The notes: generated by a model from the sequence alone, not told the origin. Positions 26,320 through 35,693 are shown, counted from the stretch's first letter. The stretch: DNA of 42,865 bases from a virus (IMGVR_UViG_3300010361_000764:1-42865), one strand, 5' to 3'. Numbers and translations: made by a program.

Positions 26320-26793
26320 CTACCCTACGCTGCCCGCGCCGATGGCCGCGCGGTTCTTCGCCGACCACGCCTCAAGTTCGGCTAGCTGCGCGGCAAGCCA
26401 CGGTGACATCGGCACCGCCCGCTCATCGCGGGGCTCGTACTCCGGAACCCGTGGCGGCACCGTGGGCGCCGCGCCCTCATCCTCGCCGAGGTAACGCAGC
26501 CACTCCGAAGTCGCGTCACCCGTGTTGTCCTCCGCCGCCCACGCCGGCTGTGCCGGCGGGCGGCGCAGCGCCGTGGTGATCACCGGAATCTCGGTAGTAG
26601 CCGCATCGGCTACCCGCCGCGCCTCGGCGTGCACCGCCATCCGCGCCACGAACGCCGCAGCGGGCCGCGCGGCCCGCCTGCGTTCCCGGTACCACGAGGC
26701 CACGCACGCGGCGAACAGGAACGCCCCTGTGATGCCGCACGCAACCGCCAGTTCCGTGCCGTGCCCAACAATCCACGTCACTACGCCCTCCAT
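26320..26793 (-). CDS. Membrane-anchored hypothetical protein
   Basis: N-terminal TM segment followed by a basic stretch; GGAGGGAA RBS. Confidence 0.6.
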   Translation of the reverse strand: MEGVVTWIVGHGTELAVACGITGAFLFAACVASWYRERRRAARPAAAFVARMAVHAEARRVADAATTEIPVITTALRRPPAQPAWAAEDNTGDATSEWLRYLGEDEGAAPTVPPRVPEYEPRDERAVPMSPWLAAQLAELEAWSAKNRAAIGAGSVG

Positions 26794-26846
26794 GTTTTCC
26801 GTTCCCTCCCGGCTTTCCTTAACCCTGTTGCGGGGTCCCCGCCCCG

Positions 26847-27110
26847 CTAGTGCCCCCCCTTCCCGGGGACGCGCAGCGCGGCCGGCACCCGCAGGGGGAT
26901 GCGCCGAGTCGTTTTCGGCGTCACCCCATCCGGCATCACGTCAATCACCTCTTCACGGTACGCCCACGGGCGCGGCAACGGGCCACCCGCACTCAACATT
27001 GCATCAAGCTGGGCGTACGTCATAGCCGCTGCCAGCATGTCCCCGGCATCGGCGTCACGTCGCGCCGCCTCCAACAGGAACGTAGCCTGAGCCTCATCGG
27101 GCAAAACCAC
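26847..27110 (-). CDS. Hypothetical protein
   Basis: 3' part of ORF 26847..27554; GTG after GGAAAGGGAGG (alternative start 27191). Confidence 0.5.
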   Translation of the reverse strand: MVLPDEAQATFLLEAARRDADAGDMLAAAMTYAQLDAMLSAGGPLPRPWAYREEVIDVMPDGVTPKTTRRIPLRVPAALRVPGKGGH

Positions 27111-27433
27111 CCTTTTCGCCTCCCTTTCCGGTTCCCTTCGGGTAACCCACCCTACCCGTTCGCCTTGCGCCGTGGTGGCAGCCCGGGGCATATTGCTCGT
27201 TATAATGCCGCCAGTGGCAGACCCATGCCCTGCGGCACTGTAAACGTCCCGCAGCGTGCGGGCACCCCCGCCTGCCGGCGTGAACGGGCAGCGGGGGCAC
27301 CCCAAGGGCGCCGGCCCTGACCTCGCCGGGGCCCGCCTGCCGCAGCGCCTGGCCCATGCCCGGAAACGGACGGCAGCACAGCCGTGCACCCGGACAATGG
27401 GCGCACGGCCCGCACGAATGACACCAATCACCC

Positions 27434-28012
27434 ATGGCATCAAGCCGGCGCCTGGCGCTCTCCGCATCAGGCCTGTTCCTGCTAGCATCCGCCCTGTTCG
27501 CCTCGGCGACAGCGGCACCTGCCGCCATCGCGTCCCCGGCACGCGCAACGGCACCCATCCTCAACGAACTCGGCGCCGGGTACCGGGCCGGCGTGCCCCG
27601 TCACCCGGTAGCACCGCCTCCCGACACGCGCACCGCAACAGCGGCGGGCACCCTCGCCCACGCCCCACCCCCTCCCCCGCCGCCCGTGACGCCTGTCACC
27701 GACGGCGGAGGAGGATCACCTGCCGCCGGCGGGACGCCCCAGGCTATAGCCCTGGCCATCTTCGGCCAGGGCTACGGGTGCATCTCCAACATCATCACCC
27801 GCGAATCCGGGTGGAACGTTCACGCCGTCAACACCACCTCCGGGGCGTACGGCCTCGGCCAAGCGCTCCCCGGCTCGAAAATGGCGCCCTACGGCCCCGA
27901 TTGGCAGGATTCCGCGTTGACGCAACTCACCTGGCTACGCGCCTACGTCAACGGGAACTACGGGGGGGCGTGCCCGGCGTGGGCGTTCTGGCAGGCCCAC
28001 GGCTGGTACTAG
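27434..28012 (+). CDS. Secreted lytic transglycosylase (SLT/Rpf-like)
   Basis: Signal peptide, Pro linker, and RESGWN..A.N..SGAYGLGQA...WQ...Q..W...Y...YG..C.AW.FWQAHGWY. Confidence 0.85.
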   Translation: MASSRRLALSASGLFLLASALFASATAAPAAIASPARATAPILNELGAGYRAGVPRHPVAPPPDTRTATAAGTLAHAPPPPPPPVTPVTDGGGGSPAAGGTPQAIALAIFGQGYGCISNIITRESGWNVHAVNTTSGAYGLGQALPGSKMAPYGPDWQDSALTQLTWLRAYVNGNYGGACPAWAFWQAHGWY

Positions 28013-28063
28013 GCTAGACCCGGGGGCGGGCGGTGATAGGGGAGTGCCATCGCCCGCCCCCTA

Positions 28064-28492
28064 CTACGGTGCAGTGGCATCCTCGGGCCAGAGCATCCCG
28101 CAGGTCCCGCACGACGCCATCGTCACCGCGAACCCGGGCGGCATCGTCATAGACGCCCCGTCACACCGCAGCCGCATCGTCTTATCCCTGCCCGGCAACA
28201 CCAGGTTGACGCCACAGTTCGGGCATTCCTCCCACTCCGGGCGACCCATCTGCACGAAGAACACGTGCTCCTCGACCCGGCCCCCCGCCGCCTTGGCCCG
28301 CGCATCCCGCATCCACGCGGTGATCATGTTCCCCACGGCCATCCCCGCGCCCGACGCGGCCAGGGCAACACCGGGTACCAGCACCTTGTTCAAGATCATC
28401 ACCACCCCGGCTACGGCTATGCCCTGGCCGGCGGTGAACACCCACCCGTCACCCACCCGGGCAGCCCGCGCCGCGAATCTTTCCCGCCACAT
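28064..28492 (-). CDS. Hypothetical membrane protein with Zn ribbon
   Basis: Hydrophobic N-half; CPNCG...CGTCG. Confidence 0.5.
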   Translation of the reverse strand: MWRERFAARAARVGDGWVFTAGQGIAVAGVVMILNKVLVPGVALAASGAGMAVGNMITAWMRDARAKAAGGRVEEHVFFVQMGRPEWEECPNCGVNLVLPGRDKTMRLRCDGASMTMPPGFAVTMASCGTCGMLWPEDATAP

Positions 28493-28505
28493 GGGGGTGA
28501 TCCTA

Positions 28506-28784
28506 ATGCCCGTACTCCACGCCCTTGCCGCCTACTGGAATTACGTCGGCTCTAACGTAGCCGCCGTCCCCCCCTGTGCCCTCCTGGGGTTCATTGGCGG
28601 CTGGGCGCTCCGCGCCCCGATCACCCGTTTTTGGCACCGCCACTTCCCCCCGCACCCGGCGGTCACGGAGGCCCGTGACGCCGCCGTCGCCATGCACGCC
28701 ATCGTCGCAGACCTACACGAGCACGTCACCGGGGAACGGCACCCGCTATCCCCCGCGCAACCCGTCCCCCCACCCGGAGGTTAA
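28506..28784 (+). CDS. Small membrane protein
   Basis: One TM segment; stop overlaps the next start (TAATG). Confidence 0.5.
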   Translation: MPVLHALAAYWNYVGSNVAAVPPCALLGFIGGWALRAPITRFWHRHFPPHPAVTEARDAAVAMHAIVADLHEHVTGERHPLSPAQPVPPPGG

Positions 28785-29281
28785 TGGCACTCGCCAGGAC
28801 CTACACCGCCACCTCGGCACTCGTCACCCTAGCTAGCACATCTCAGACGCCGCTCTTCGCCGCTAAGTTCGCCGCCGCCACCGCCACCCTCAACGTTGAG
28901 GCGCTGCGTATCGGCATCTACTCCGGCGCTAGCGTGTCATATCCGTCAAACGGCACCGTGCAGTTCATTTTCGCGCGTACCACGGCGGCGTACGGCGCCG
29001 GGAACGCGATCACGCCCTCCCCGCATAACAACAACGATATCGCCGCCCAGTCGTCGTGGGCCGATAACTCTGTTGCCCTAACGGGCATCGGCACCCCCGG
29101 CGTCACCCTATGGTCGCAATCGCTGCCGTTCACCGCCGGCGCTAACTGGGCGGAATGGGTCACCCCCGGCGCCGAGTGGTTCTTCGGCGGTTCCACCACA
29201 ACGGGCCTCGCGATGTACGCGACGTGTTCATCCGCCGGTACCGCCACCCAGTTCCTTGTAGAAACGGTGTTCACCGAGTAA
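28784..29281 (+). CDS. Putative virion accessory protein
   Basis: Ala/Thr/Ser/Gly-rich, beta-like, no signal peptide. Confidence 0.6.
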   Translation: MALARTYTATSALVTLASTSQTPLFAAKFAAATATLNVEALRIGIYSGASVSYPSNGTVQFIFARTTAAYGAGNAITPSPHNNNDIAAQSSWADNSVALTGIGTPGVTLWSQSLPFTAGANWAEWVTPGAEWFFGGSTTTGLAMYATCSSAGTATQFLVETVFTE

Positions 29282-29381
29282 CACCCGCATGCCGCCGGGG
29301 GCGGGTTACGCTACCACGCCCGGACACCCGCCCCCGGTACCACATCGTTTTCCCCATAAGGGGGGGAGAAACGGATCGCCG

Positions 29382-29678
29382 GTGCCTATCTTCGGCGGCA
29401 TTACCTCATCAAACGTCACCACCCAAGCGCAATCACGCCTCATGAATTTGCGTACCGCCTTCGAGGCCGTAGAAGATTTCTACCAATGGCTTTCGGCGTA
29501 CGCCCCATCCGATTTGGTGGCCCTCGGGTTTTCCTCCGCCGACGCCCAGAACATTTTCAACGCCTTCGCCGACGCCCACGAGGAATACGTGTTGCGCACC
29601 GGAGGGGGCCTCGGCACCTACACCCTCCCGTTTAATTTCATGGCATCCCAGCGGGTCATCATCGGCCCACAATACTAA
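29382..29678 (+). CDS. Hypothetical protein
   Basis: GTG after GGAGAAA; helical. Confidence 0.55.
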   Translation: MPIFGGITSSNVTTQAQSRLMNLRTAFEAVEDFYQWLSAYAPSDLVALGFSSADAQNIFNAFADAHEEYVLRTGGGLGTYTLPFNFMASQRVIIGPQY

Positions 29679-29710
29679 AAACCATTCCGCGCGAGGAGGG
29701 GGGCTAGCCT

Positions 29711-30469
29711 GTGGCGCCGGTATTCGATGCCGTAGGACCCTCCTCCGCCGGGGCCGGGAACGCGGGCACAACCCCCCTCACGTGGACGCACGTGATGGGA
29801 TCGGCTGCCAACGGCCTCATCGTCGTCGACCTCGTGTTCGGATCTGACCTCGGCACAGACGCGGGGTACACCCTGGCGTGCACGTTCGCGGGAACATCGA
29901 TGACCGCCGGAACGAAGGTGCACACCAACAACAGCACCGGCGGGTTCATCCAAAGGTTTTACCTCGTGAATCCCGCCACCGGATCGGGTACCGTTTCGGC
30001 GTCGTTTTCCGGCACGGGCGGGAACCCGTCATCGTTTCTCGGCGGCAGTGTTTCCTACACCGGCGCTAACCAGATCACCCCCCTGGGATCTAGTTTCACC
30101 GCCGTCGGCAGTTCCGGCACCGCATCGGCCGCCGCAACCTCCAACACCAACGGCAACATCCTCCACGGCGGCGTGGGCAACGGATCACCCGTCACCTCTG
30201 CGACATCGCCGTCTACCAGCCGCTGGATCAAAAACCAGAACAACAACAGCGCCGCTGGTAACGGCGGGGCCGCAACATCCCCCGCCACCGGATCGTCGGT
30301 GACGATGGCGTGGACGGTTACTAGCGATTTCTGGGCTGTCATCATCAACGAGATCCTCGCCGTTCCCGCCGCCGGCGGCCCCGTGATAGCCCCCCCGCCG
30401 CCACTCAACCAGGCGTTCACCTCCTATGCCCGCGCCGGCCGGCGCGGCGCGCACGGCAGCTTCGCGTAA
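29711..30469 (+). CDS. Putative virion accessory/fibre protein
   Basis: Ser/Thr/Gly-rich beta-type sequence with a Pro/Arg C-terminal tail; GAGGAGG RBS. Confidence 0.65.
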   Translation: MAPVFDAVGPSSAGAGNAGTTPLTWTHVMGSAANGLIVVDLVFGSDLGTDAGYTLACTFAGTSMTAGTKVHTNNSTGGFIQRFYLVNPATGSGTVSASFSGTGGNPSSFLGGSVSYTGANQITPLGSSFTAVGSSGTASAAATSNTNGNILHGGVGNGSPVTSATSPSTSRWIKNQNNNSAAGNGGAATSPATGSSVTMAWTVTSDFWAVIINEILAVPAAGGPVIAPPPPLNQAFTSYARAGRRGAHGSFA

Positions 30470-30508
30470 ACCCCCCCGGAGGCCGGTGCGCACATGTAGG
30501 CGGGCACC

Positions 30509-32128
30509 GTGACCCAACTATCCGGGCCTATCGGTAACCGTGTCGCTAACACCAACATCGGCGCGGCACTCACAACCCCCCGGGTTCCGCCGTTCTCCGG
30601 CGAGGGTGTGCCGTTCCCGCCGTGGAAGGGCCCGTTCGCCGCCCGCCAGCCCCTGCCGCCACGCGGGCGGGTACACCGCCGCCCGGGCGTCTTCGCCGGG
30701 GTGGGCGCACCCCCTAAGGCCGCCGAGGGGCCGGTTGTCCCGGCGGCGCGCCCTCTTCCGCCCCGTGGCCGCGTCTACGGCAACCACGCCGGCACGTTCA
30801 ACGGCCAAGGACCGCAGCCCAGGGCACTCGCCGGCCCGGTTGTTCCCGCTGCGCGGCCCCTGCCGCCACGCGGGCGCACCTACCGCCGCACAGGTGCATT
30901 CTCCGGCGAGGGCCCGGCGCCGTTCCCGTTGCACGGCCCTGTGGCCGCGCGCCCGCCTCTTCCGCCGCGCGGCCACCTGGCGTACCACGGCGCAGGCGTG
31001 TTCGCGGGCGAGGGGCCGCCCCCTAAGGCTCTAACGGCCCCGGTAGCGGCGCGGCAGCCCCTTCCGCCGCGTGGCCGCGCCTACGGCGTGCGGGGAACGT
31101 TCGGCGGAACCGGCCCGGCGCCGTTCCCGTTGCATTCCCCGGTCACCATCCACCACCCGCTGCCGCCACGCGGGTACACGGCGGCATCCGGGCGGGGCGC
31201 ATTCTCCGGCGAGGGCGTTCCGCCGTTCCCGCTGCGCGCCCCCGTAGCGGCCCGGCAGCCCCTTCCGCCGCGCGGGCATACCGCCACTCGCGGCACGGGC
31301 ACGTTCGCGGGCCAGGGGCCGCCGGCACCCGAACTACGCGGCCCGGTCACGATCCGCCGCACCCTCCCGCCGCGCGGGCGCGCTACCGCCAGCATCGCCG
31401 CGCCGCCGGTGTTCATCCCCCCGACTGCCGGGCCGCCGCTCTACCCGTGGCACCGCCCGTTCGCGTCCCGCCCCCCCCTGCCGCCACGCGGCCATGTCAC
31501 TACCGGGGGCACGGGTACCCGCAACGGGGTTGGGCCGGCGCCGAAACCGCTTTCCGCGCCGGTAGCCTCCCGCCCCCCCCTGCCGCCACGCGGGCGCGCC
31601 GCGTCTACGCGGGGCACGTTCGGCGGGGTTGGCCCGGCCACGTACCCCCTGCACGCCCCCGTGCGGATCGTGCGGCCGTTGCCGCCACCCGGGCGCGTGT
31701 ACGGCATCGCCCGGGGCGGCACGTTCACCCCGCCGCCCGCACAGGTCACCCCGTCACGCACCCAGCCACCGCGTGCCCCTATCACCCGCACGGGGCGCCG
31801 GTACGCGAGTGCGACACGGCCTACGGGCACCGGGCCCGCGCCGCGCCCCGCTAACAGCCCCGTATCGGCGCGGATACCCCCGCACCGGGGCGGGTGGAAC
31901 ACGCGGCAGGCCTCACCTGTTCCCATCGGCCCCCCCGGCCCGCCGCTCATCACCCGCACCCGCCCGTGGCGTACCACAACCGCACCTGCGCCGGCACGCG
32001 GGACCGTCACCATCACCACGGCACACGCGGCGCCCGTCCCGTTCCGTAACACCCACTTCACCATCACCGCCGGCGGCACGGCGTGGCACGCGGGCCGCCC
32101 CCGCGCCGTCCCCGGGGAGGACGCATGA
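30509..32128 (+). CDS. Pro/Arg/Gly-rich tandem-repeat protein
   Basis: Ten LPPRG units plus one LPPPG unit at about 32-37 aa spacing; stop overlaps the next start (ATGA). Confidence 0.7.
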   Translation: MTQLSGPIGNRVANTNIGAALTTPRVPPFSGEGVPFPPWKGPFAARQPLPPRGRVHRRPGVFAGVGAPPKAAEGPVVPAARPLPPRGRVYGNHAGTFNGQGPQPRALAGPVVPAARPLPPRGRTYRRTGAFSGEGPAPFPLHGPVAARPPLPPRGHLAYHGAGVFAGEGPPPKALTAPVAARQPLPPRGRAYGVRGTFGGTGPAPFPLHSPVTIHHPLPPRGYTAASGRGAFSGEGVPPFPLRAPVAARQPLPPRGHTATRGTGTFAGQGPPAPELRGPVTIRRTLPPRGRATASIAAPPVFIPPTAGPPLYPWHRPFASRPPLPPRGHVTTGGTGTRNGVGPAPKPLSAPVASRPPLPPRGRAASTRGTFGGVGPATYPLHAPVRIVRPLPPPGRVYGIARGGTFTPPPAQVTPSRTQPPRAPITRTGRRYASATRPTGTGPAPRPANSPVSARIPPHRGGWNTRQASPVPIGPPGPPLITRTRPWRTTTAPAPARGTVTITTAHAAPVPFRNTHFTITAGGTAWHAGRPRAVPGEDA

Positions 32129-33468
32129 CCACGTGGCGGCTTTTCCCCGTCACCAACGGCCCGGCCTCTCCCACGGCGTTCGCCGGCGCGTACATGTCAG
32201 CGGTGGCGTGGACGGTCACCCAATCCGGCCTGTGGCTGAACGGCTACTTCTCCTGGACGCCCCCGGGGGGTGACACCGCCGCCCAGAAATGGGCTCTCTG
32301 GCAGATCACCTCAACCGATCACGGCGTCACCCAAATCCTGGTACCCGGATCGGTGGTCACCGGCACCACCCCCACCACGGGGCAATGGAATTTCACCGCC
32401 CTTCCCGCGCCCATCGGCCTATCGGAGGGCGTGGCGTACGTCGCCGCGAACGGATGGACGGCCGTCAACGGGTTCCCGTTGACGCAAAGCCAGTTCGGCG
32501 CAACCCAGCCGTTTAGCGGCGGCATCACCAACGGCCCCCTCTCCGCCTACTCCGATCAATCCGGGTCTTTCCCGATCCCCTCGTCGGCGTCATTCGCCCA
32601 GGGCCTGTTCTCCTCAACCCTCGGCGCCGATCCATCGGCCGCGATGCCCGCCACCGGGTTCAATTCCAGCAACTTCTGGGTAGACATCCAGGTCACCGAC
32701 CAGGCACCCCCGGGGGCGTCTTACCAGATATGGCCCTCACAGCCAGATCCGGTGGCGTGGGAATTCGACACGGGGAACAATTTCACCCTCGGAACCGAAT
32801 TCACCCTTTCCGGCCCGTGCGCCCTCAACCGGATATGGTTCTACTCCCCCCCGACGGTCACCCAACTGCCCACCGAATGCGGCATCTGGCATGTCACCGA
32901 CCAGTCTTTGATCACCGCCACCCACCAAACATCACCCGCGTGGCTCAACCTCGCCGGCGGTGCCGCATCGGCGGGTGACGGGTGGATTTACGCCACGTAC
33001 GCCGGGGTGACACTCACCGCAGGTGATTACAAAACATCGGTGTTCAACGGCGCAGCCACCCCCGCGATCTGGTCATCGGAAACCCACCCCTACTGGGAAT
33101 CCCCGGGCGTAGGCCAAAACGGGTTCACCAACGGCCAGGTCACCGTGCCGAGCAACGCCACCGCCACCGCGCCGGGCCAGAGTAGCTACCACCTCGGCAC
33201 CCCGTTCTCCTGGCCCGATACCCACGCACCGGGCATCGGCTCGGCGAACTACTGGGTTGATGTCACCGTCACCCCGCTAGCCGCCGCCACCGTAGCCCCG
33301 GCCCGCCCCGTCACCGGCGGGGCGGGCCGGTTCGCCCGCCGCCGGCGCGGCTGGAACACCCTCCCGCTATCCCCCGTGCCCGTTGCACCGCCACGCCCCC
33401 CGCAGACGGTGGAATTCATCCCCGGCGCCCCGCAAACCGCGTGGTCCATCGGCCGCCCCGTCCCCTAG
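32125..33468 (+). CDS. Protein with two DUF4082-like beta domains (possible receptor-binding/fibre protein)
   Basis: Duplicated domain ending in SNFWVDIQV and ANYWVDVTV; TLGTEFT...IWFY; GGAGG RBS. Confidence 0.7.
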   Translation: MTTWRLFPVTNGPASPTAFAGAYMSAVAWTVTQSGLWLNGYFSWTPPGGDTAAQKWALWQITSTDHGVTQILVPGSVVTGTTPTTGQWNFTALPAPIGLSEGVAYVAANGWTAVNGFPLTQSQFGATQPFSGGITNGPLSAYSDQSGSFPIPSSASFAQGLFSSTLGADPSAAMPATGFNSSNFWVDIQVTDQAPPGASYQIWPSQPDPVAWEFDTGNNFTLGTEFTLSGPCALNRIWFYSPPTVTQLPTECGIWHVTDQSLITATHQTSPAWLNLAGGAASAGDGWIYATYAGVTLTAGDYKTSVFNGAATPAIWSSETHPYWESPGVGQNGFTNGQVTVPSNATATAPGQSSYHLGTPFSWPDTHAPGIGSANYWVDVTVTPLAAATVAPARPVTGGAGRFARRRRGWNTLPLSPVPVAPPRPPQTVEFIPGAPQTAWSIGRPVP

Positions 33469-33481
33469 CTAGGAGGGCACC

Positions 33482-33805
33482 GTGCCCGCCGACGTCACCA
33501 TGTCCGCGCTCTCCACCCAATTCATCCAGGTGCCCGTCCAGGCCACCATCGGCGGCCTCCCCTACGACCCGTCATCCGATGCGGTGGCGATGGCATTCAT
33601 GACCGGCGGCCTGCGGCCGTCTACGGGCGATTGGCACGCCGGATCGTGGTCGGCTACCGCCCAGGGCATCCACCTAGCGCAATGCCTCGTCGGCCCGAAG
33701 AATGGCGGCACGGCCCTCGCGGCGGCTACCTACCAGGTGTGGCTGATGATCACCGATAGCCCCGAGGTTCCCGTCATCGCCGCCGGCTCGCTGCAGGTGT
33801 ATTAA
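33482..33805 (+). CDS. Small structural adaptor-like protein
   Basis: Beta pattern ending YQVWLMITDSPEVPV; last gene of the cassette. Confidence 0.6.
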   Translation: MPADVTMSALSTQFIQVPVQATIGGLPYDPSSDAVAMAFMTGGLRPSTGDWHAGSWSATAQGIHLAQCLVGPKNGGTALAAATYQVWLMITDSPEVPVIAAGSLQVY

Positions 33806-34404
33806 ACCTCGCGGTACCCCGTCACGGTGGCCGTGGTAACAAGCGCCCCCGGCACCAGGGCGCCGAGCGCCTTCGTGACGGCATGCGCCGCCTCGGCCTC
33901 CGTGGTGCCCGCCGCCACGCCCGTACCGGGGTACTGGCCGTAGGTCACGGTCACGGTGACCGTGACATGCTCCACGAGTTCGGGGACGCCCAGGCCGGCG
34001 GCTTCGAGGGCGGTGTTGCGCACCTCGCGTGACACAATCCCCGGCGCGGCACGCTCAATCACCAGGGCGCGGATAGCCGCCCGGTGCGCGCCGAGCGCCT
34101 CGGCGTGCGCCGTGACGGCGTCACCGCCCGCATCACCCCCCGGGGGGTCAAGGTGGGGCGGCAGGGTCACGGGCGGCTGGCCCTCGGTGGTGATCGCGTC
34201 ACGGCGCAGCGCGTCTACCCACGCGAGGCCCGCGTCGGCCATGAACGCAACGAACCCCGCCGTGCACATCGGGTCATCGCGGATGTCGTCACGGTAGGCG
34301 GCAAGGGCGTGGTCACGAAGGGTGGCCATGTCGGCGCGCAGCGCCTCGTGGGCGCTTCCCGCATCTGTCATGGCCACCAGGGTAAACGCCGGCCCCCCGG
34401 CCAT
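33802..34404 (-). CDS. Hypothetical protein, paralogue of 34446-35129
   Basis: Shared blocks L..D..TLRD.A...YR.D, C..GF..FM..AGL.W and VS.EVR..AL.AA....P...EHV.V. Confidence 0.65.
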   Translation of the reverse strand: MAGGPAFTLVAMTDAGSAHEALRADMATLRDHALAAYRDDIRDDPMCTAGFVAFMADAGLAWVDALRRDAITTEGQPPVTLPPHLDPPGGDAGGDAVTAHAEALGAHRAAIRALVIERAAPGIVSREVRNTALEAAGLGVPELVEHVTVTVTVTYGQYPGTGVAAGTTEAEAAHAVTKALGALVPGALVTTATVTGYREV

Positions 34405-34445
34405 GGAACACGCCGGGGGGCCGGTGGTGCAGACAGCAGCGGGGC

Positions 34446-35129
34446 CTACCTTACCCGCGCCTCGGTACGGACGTAAACGTCGTCGGGGTCGACGCTCGCG
34501 GGAACCCCGGCCCCTGCGAGGGCGTTGTCGATGGCCGTGACCAGCAGAGCCTTGACATCAGTGGCGCCGGGCACCCCCTCATCCCCCGCCTTGCGGTCAT
34601 AGGCTAGGGAGATGTCAACGCGCACGTGCTCGGTGGACACGGGTGCGCGCATGTTCGCCGCTGCGAGGGCCGCGTCGCGAACCTCGGCGGAAACATACTC
34701 GCCCGTTGCGTGCCGGATGACCGCGTTCCGCGCCTTCTCCCGCGCCGCATCCGCCGCCTCCGCGAGGGTGACGAGGTGCCGGCGCAGGGCGTCGGTGGTG
34801 AGGTCGGCGGGCGGCACGGGCAGCTCAACGCGCTGCGCGAGCTCCGGCTGGGCCTTCGGCACCGTGGAACGGTGCGCGCCGGCGCCCCGGTTCCAGTTAA
34901 GCCCCGCCTCGCTCATGAACGAGCCGAACCCGGATGAGCAGATGCGCCGCGCGTAGTCAGCGCGGTACACGTCAACCGCCGCGTCGCGGAGCGTGGTGAG
35001 ATCGCGGCGCAGCGCCGTGGTGATGTTCTCTGCTGCGGCAATGAGCTCCTTGCGGTCCATCGCCGCGTACCGGGCGACGGCGGCGAGGTGCGCATCCAGG
35101 CCCGGGGTGGCCTTGGTCTCGTCGGTCAT
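34446..35129 (-). CDS. Hypothetical protein, paralogue of 33802-34404
   Basis: ATG after GAAGGGAAA; same shared blocks. Confidence 0.7.
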   Translation of the reverse strand: MTDETKATPGLDAHLAAVARYAAMDRKELIAAAENITTALRRDLTTLRDAAVDVYRADYARRICSSGFGSFMSEAGLNWNRGAGAHRSTVPKAQPELAQRVELPVPPADLTTDALRRHLVTLAEAADAAREKARNAVIRHATGEYVSAEVRDAALAAANMRAPVSTEHVRVDISLAYDRKAGDEGVPGATDVKALLVTAIDNALAGAGVPASVDPDDVYVRTEARVR

Positions 35130-35207
35130 GTCATTTCCCTTCTCTAGCATGTACGGCCGTGCCAGCATCATGGGGTACGGCCGCCCGTTTTTCCCTTCCA
35201 TGCCGGT

Positions 35208-35257
35208 AAAACGAAACCCCCGGCGGGTTTCATTCCCCCGCCGGGGGTTTCGTTTTT
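35208..35257. terminator. Intrinsic terminator hairpin containing a GGAAT-N19-GTT motif
   Basis: aaaacgaaacccccggcggg...cccgccgggggtttcgtttt; on the minus strand GGAAT lies in the loop. Confidence 0.7.
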
Positions 35258-35391
35258 CAGTAGCTCCTGATCCAGTAGTTCTTGCCGCGTACGTGCACGT
35301 AACCGAACCACCGCCCGTCATGCGTCCAGCCCATTTCCACGGCGAACCGCACGTTAAACGGCTGCCGCCGGTCACGCCACGCGATTTTCAA
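35257..35391 (-). CDS. 44-aa aromatic peptide (not in the ORF track)
   Basis: TTG start overlapping the upstream stop: MKIAWRDRRQPFNVRFAVEMGWTHDGRWFGYVHVRGKNYWIRSY*. Confidence 0.45.
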   Translation of the reverse strand: MKIAWRDRRQPFNVRFAVEMGWTHDGRWFGYVHVRGKNYWIRSY

Positions 35392-35600
35392 CTAACGTTC
35401 ACCCACCGCATCGCCGTGGCCAGCAGGTGGTCATAGTCACCGCTAGTGGCCTCGGCGTAGAACTCCTCGGTGACGTCACCGTGCCCCGCGCCCCGCAGTG
35501 CCCGGGCAACGGCGCCCATCACCGCGAAGGCGTTCCCATCGGTGCCAACGAGCTTCACGTGCACCTCGGGGTACCGCACGGCGCCGGTGTTCTCGGCCAT
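35388..35600 (-). CDS. Conserved small phage protein
   Basis: VKLVGTDGNAFAVMG...ATSGDYDHLL motif, common in phage early regions. Confidence 0.75.
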   Translation of the reverse strand: MAENTGAVRYPEVHVKLVGTDGNAFAVMGAVARALRGAGHGDVTEEFYAEATSGDYDHLLATAMRWVNVS

Positions 35601-35643
35601 CTTTGGTCTCGCTTCCCTTCGTTTTCCCGTTGGTACCCGCTAC

Positions 35644-35682
35644 AACAACAAGCCCCCCGAGGGTATTCCCAGGGGGGGCTTG
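35644..35682 (-). promoter_or_regulatory. SigR/SigH-like promoter embedded in a terminator hairpin
   Basis: CAAGCCCCCCC-TGGGAATACCCTC-GGGGGGCTTG-TTGTT contains GGAAT-N18-GTT. Confidence 0.65.
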
Positions 35683-35693
35683 CGGCACGCGGG

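Noticed and set aside
30600-31720. Repeats of ccgccgcgcggg-like sequence at about 100-nt spacing as a CRISPR array
   Set aside because: The repeats stay in frame and vary at synonymous positions, the intervening sequences resemble each other, and no cas genes are present.
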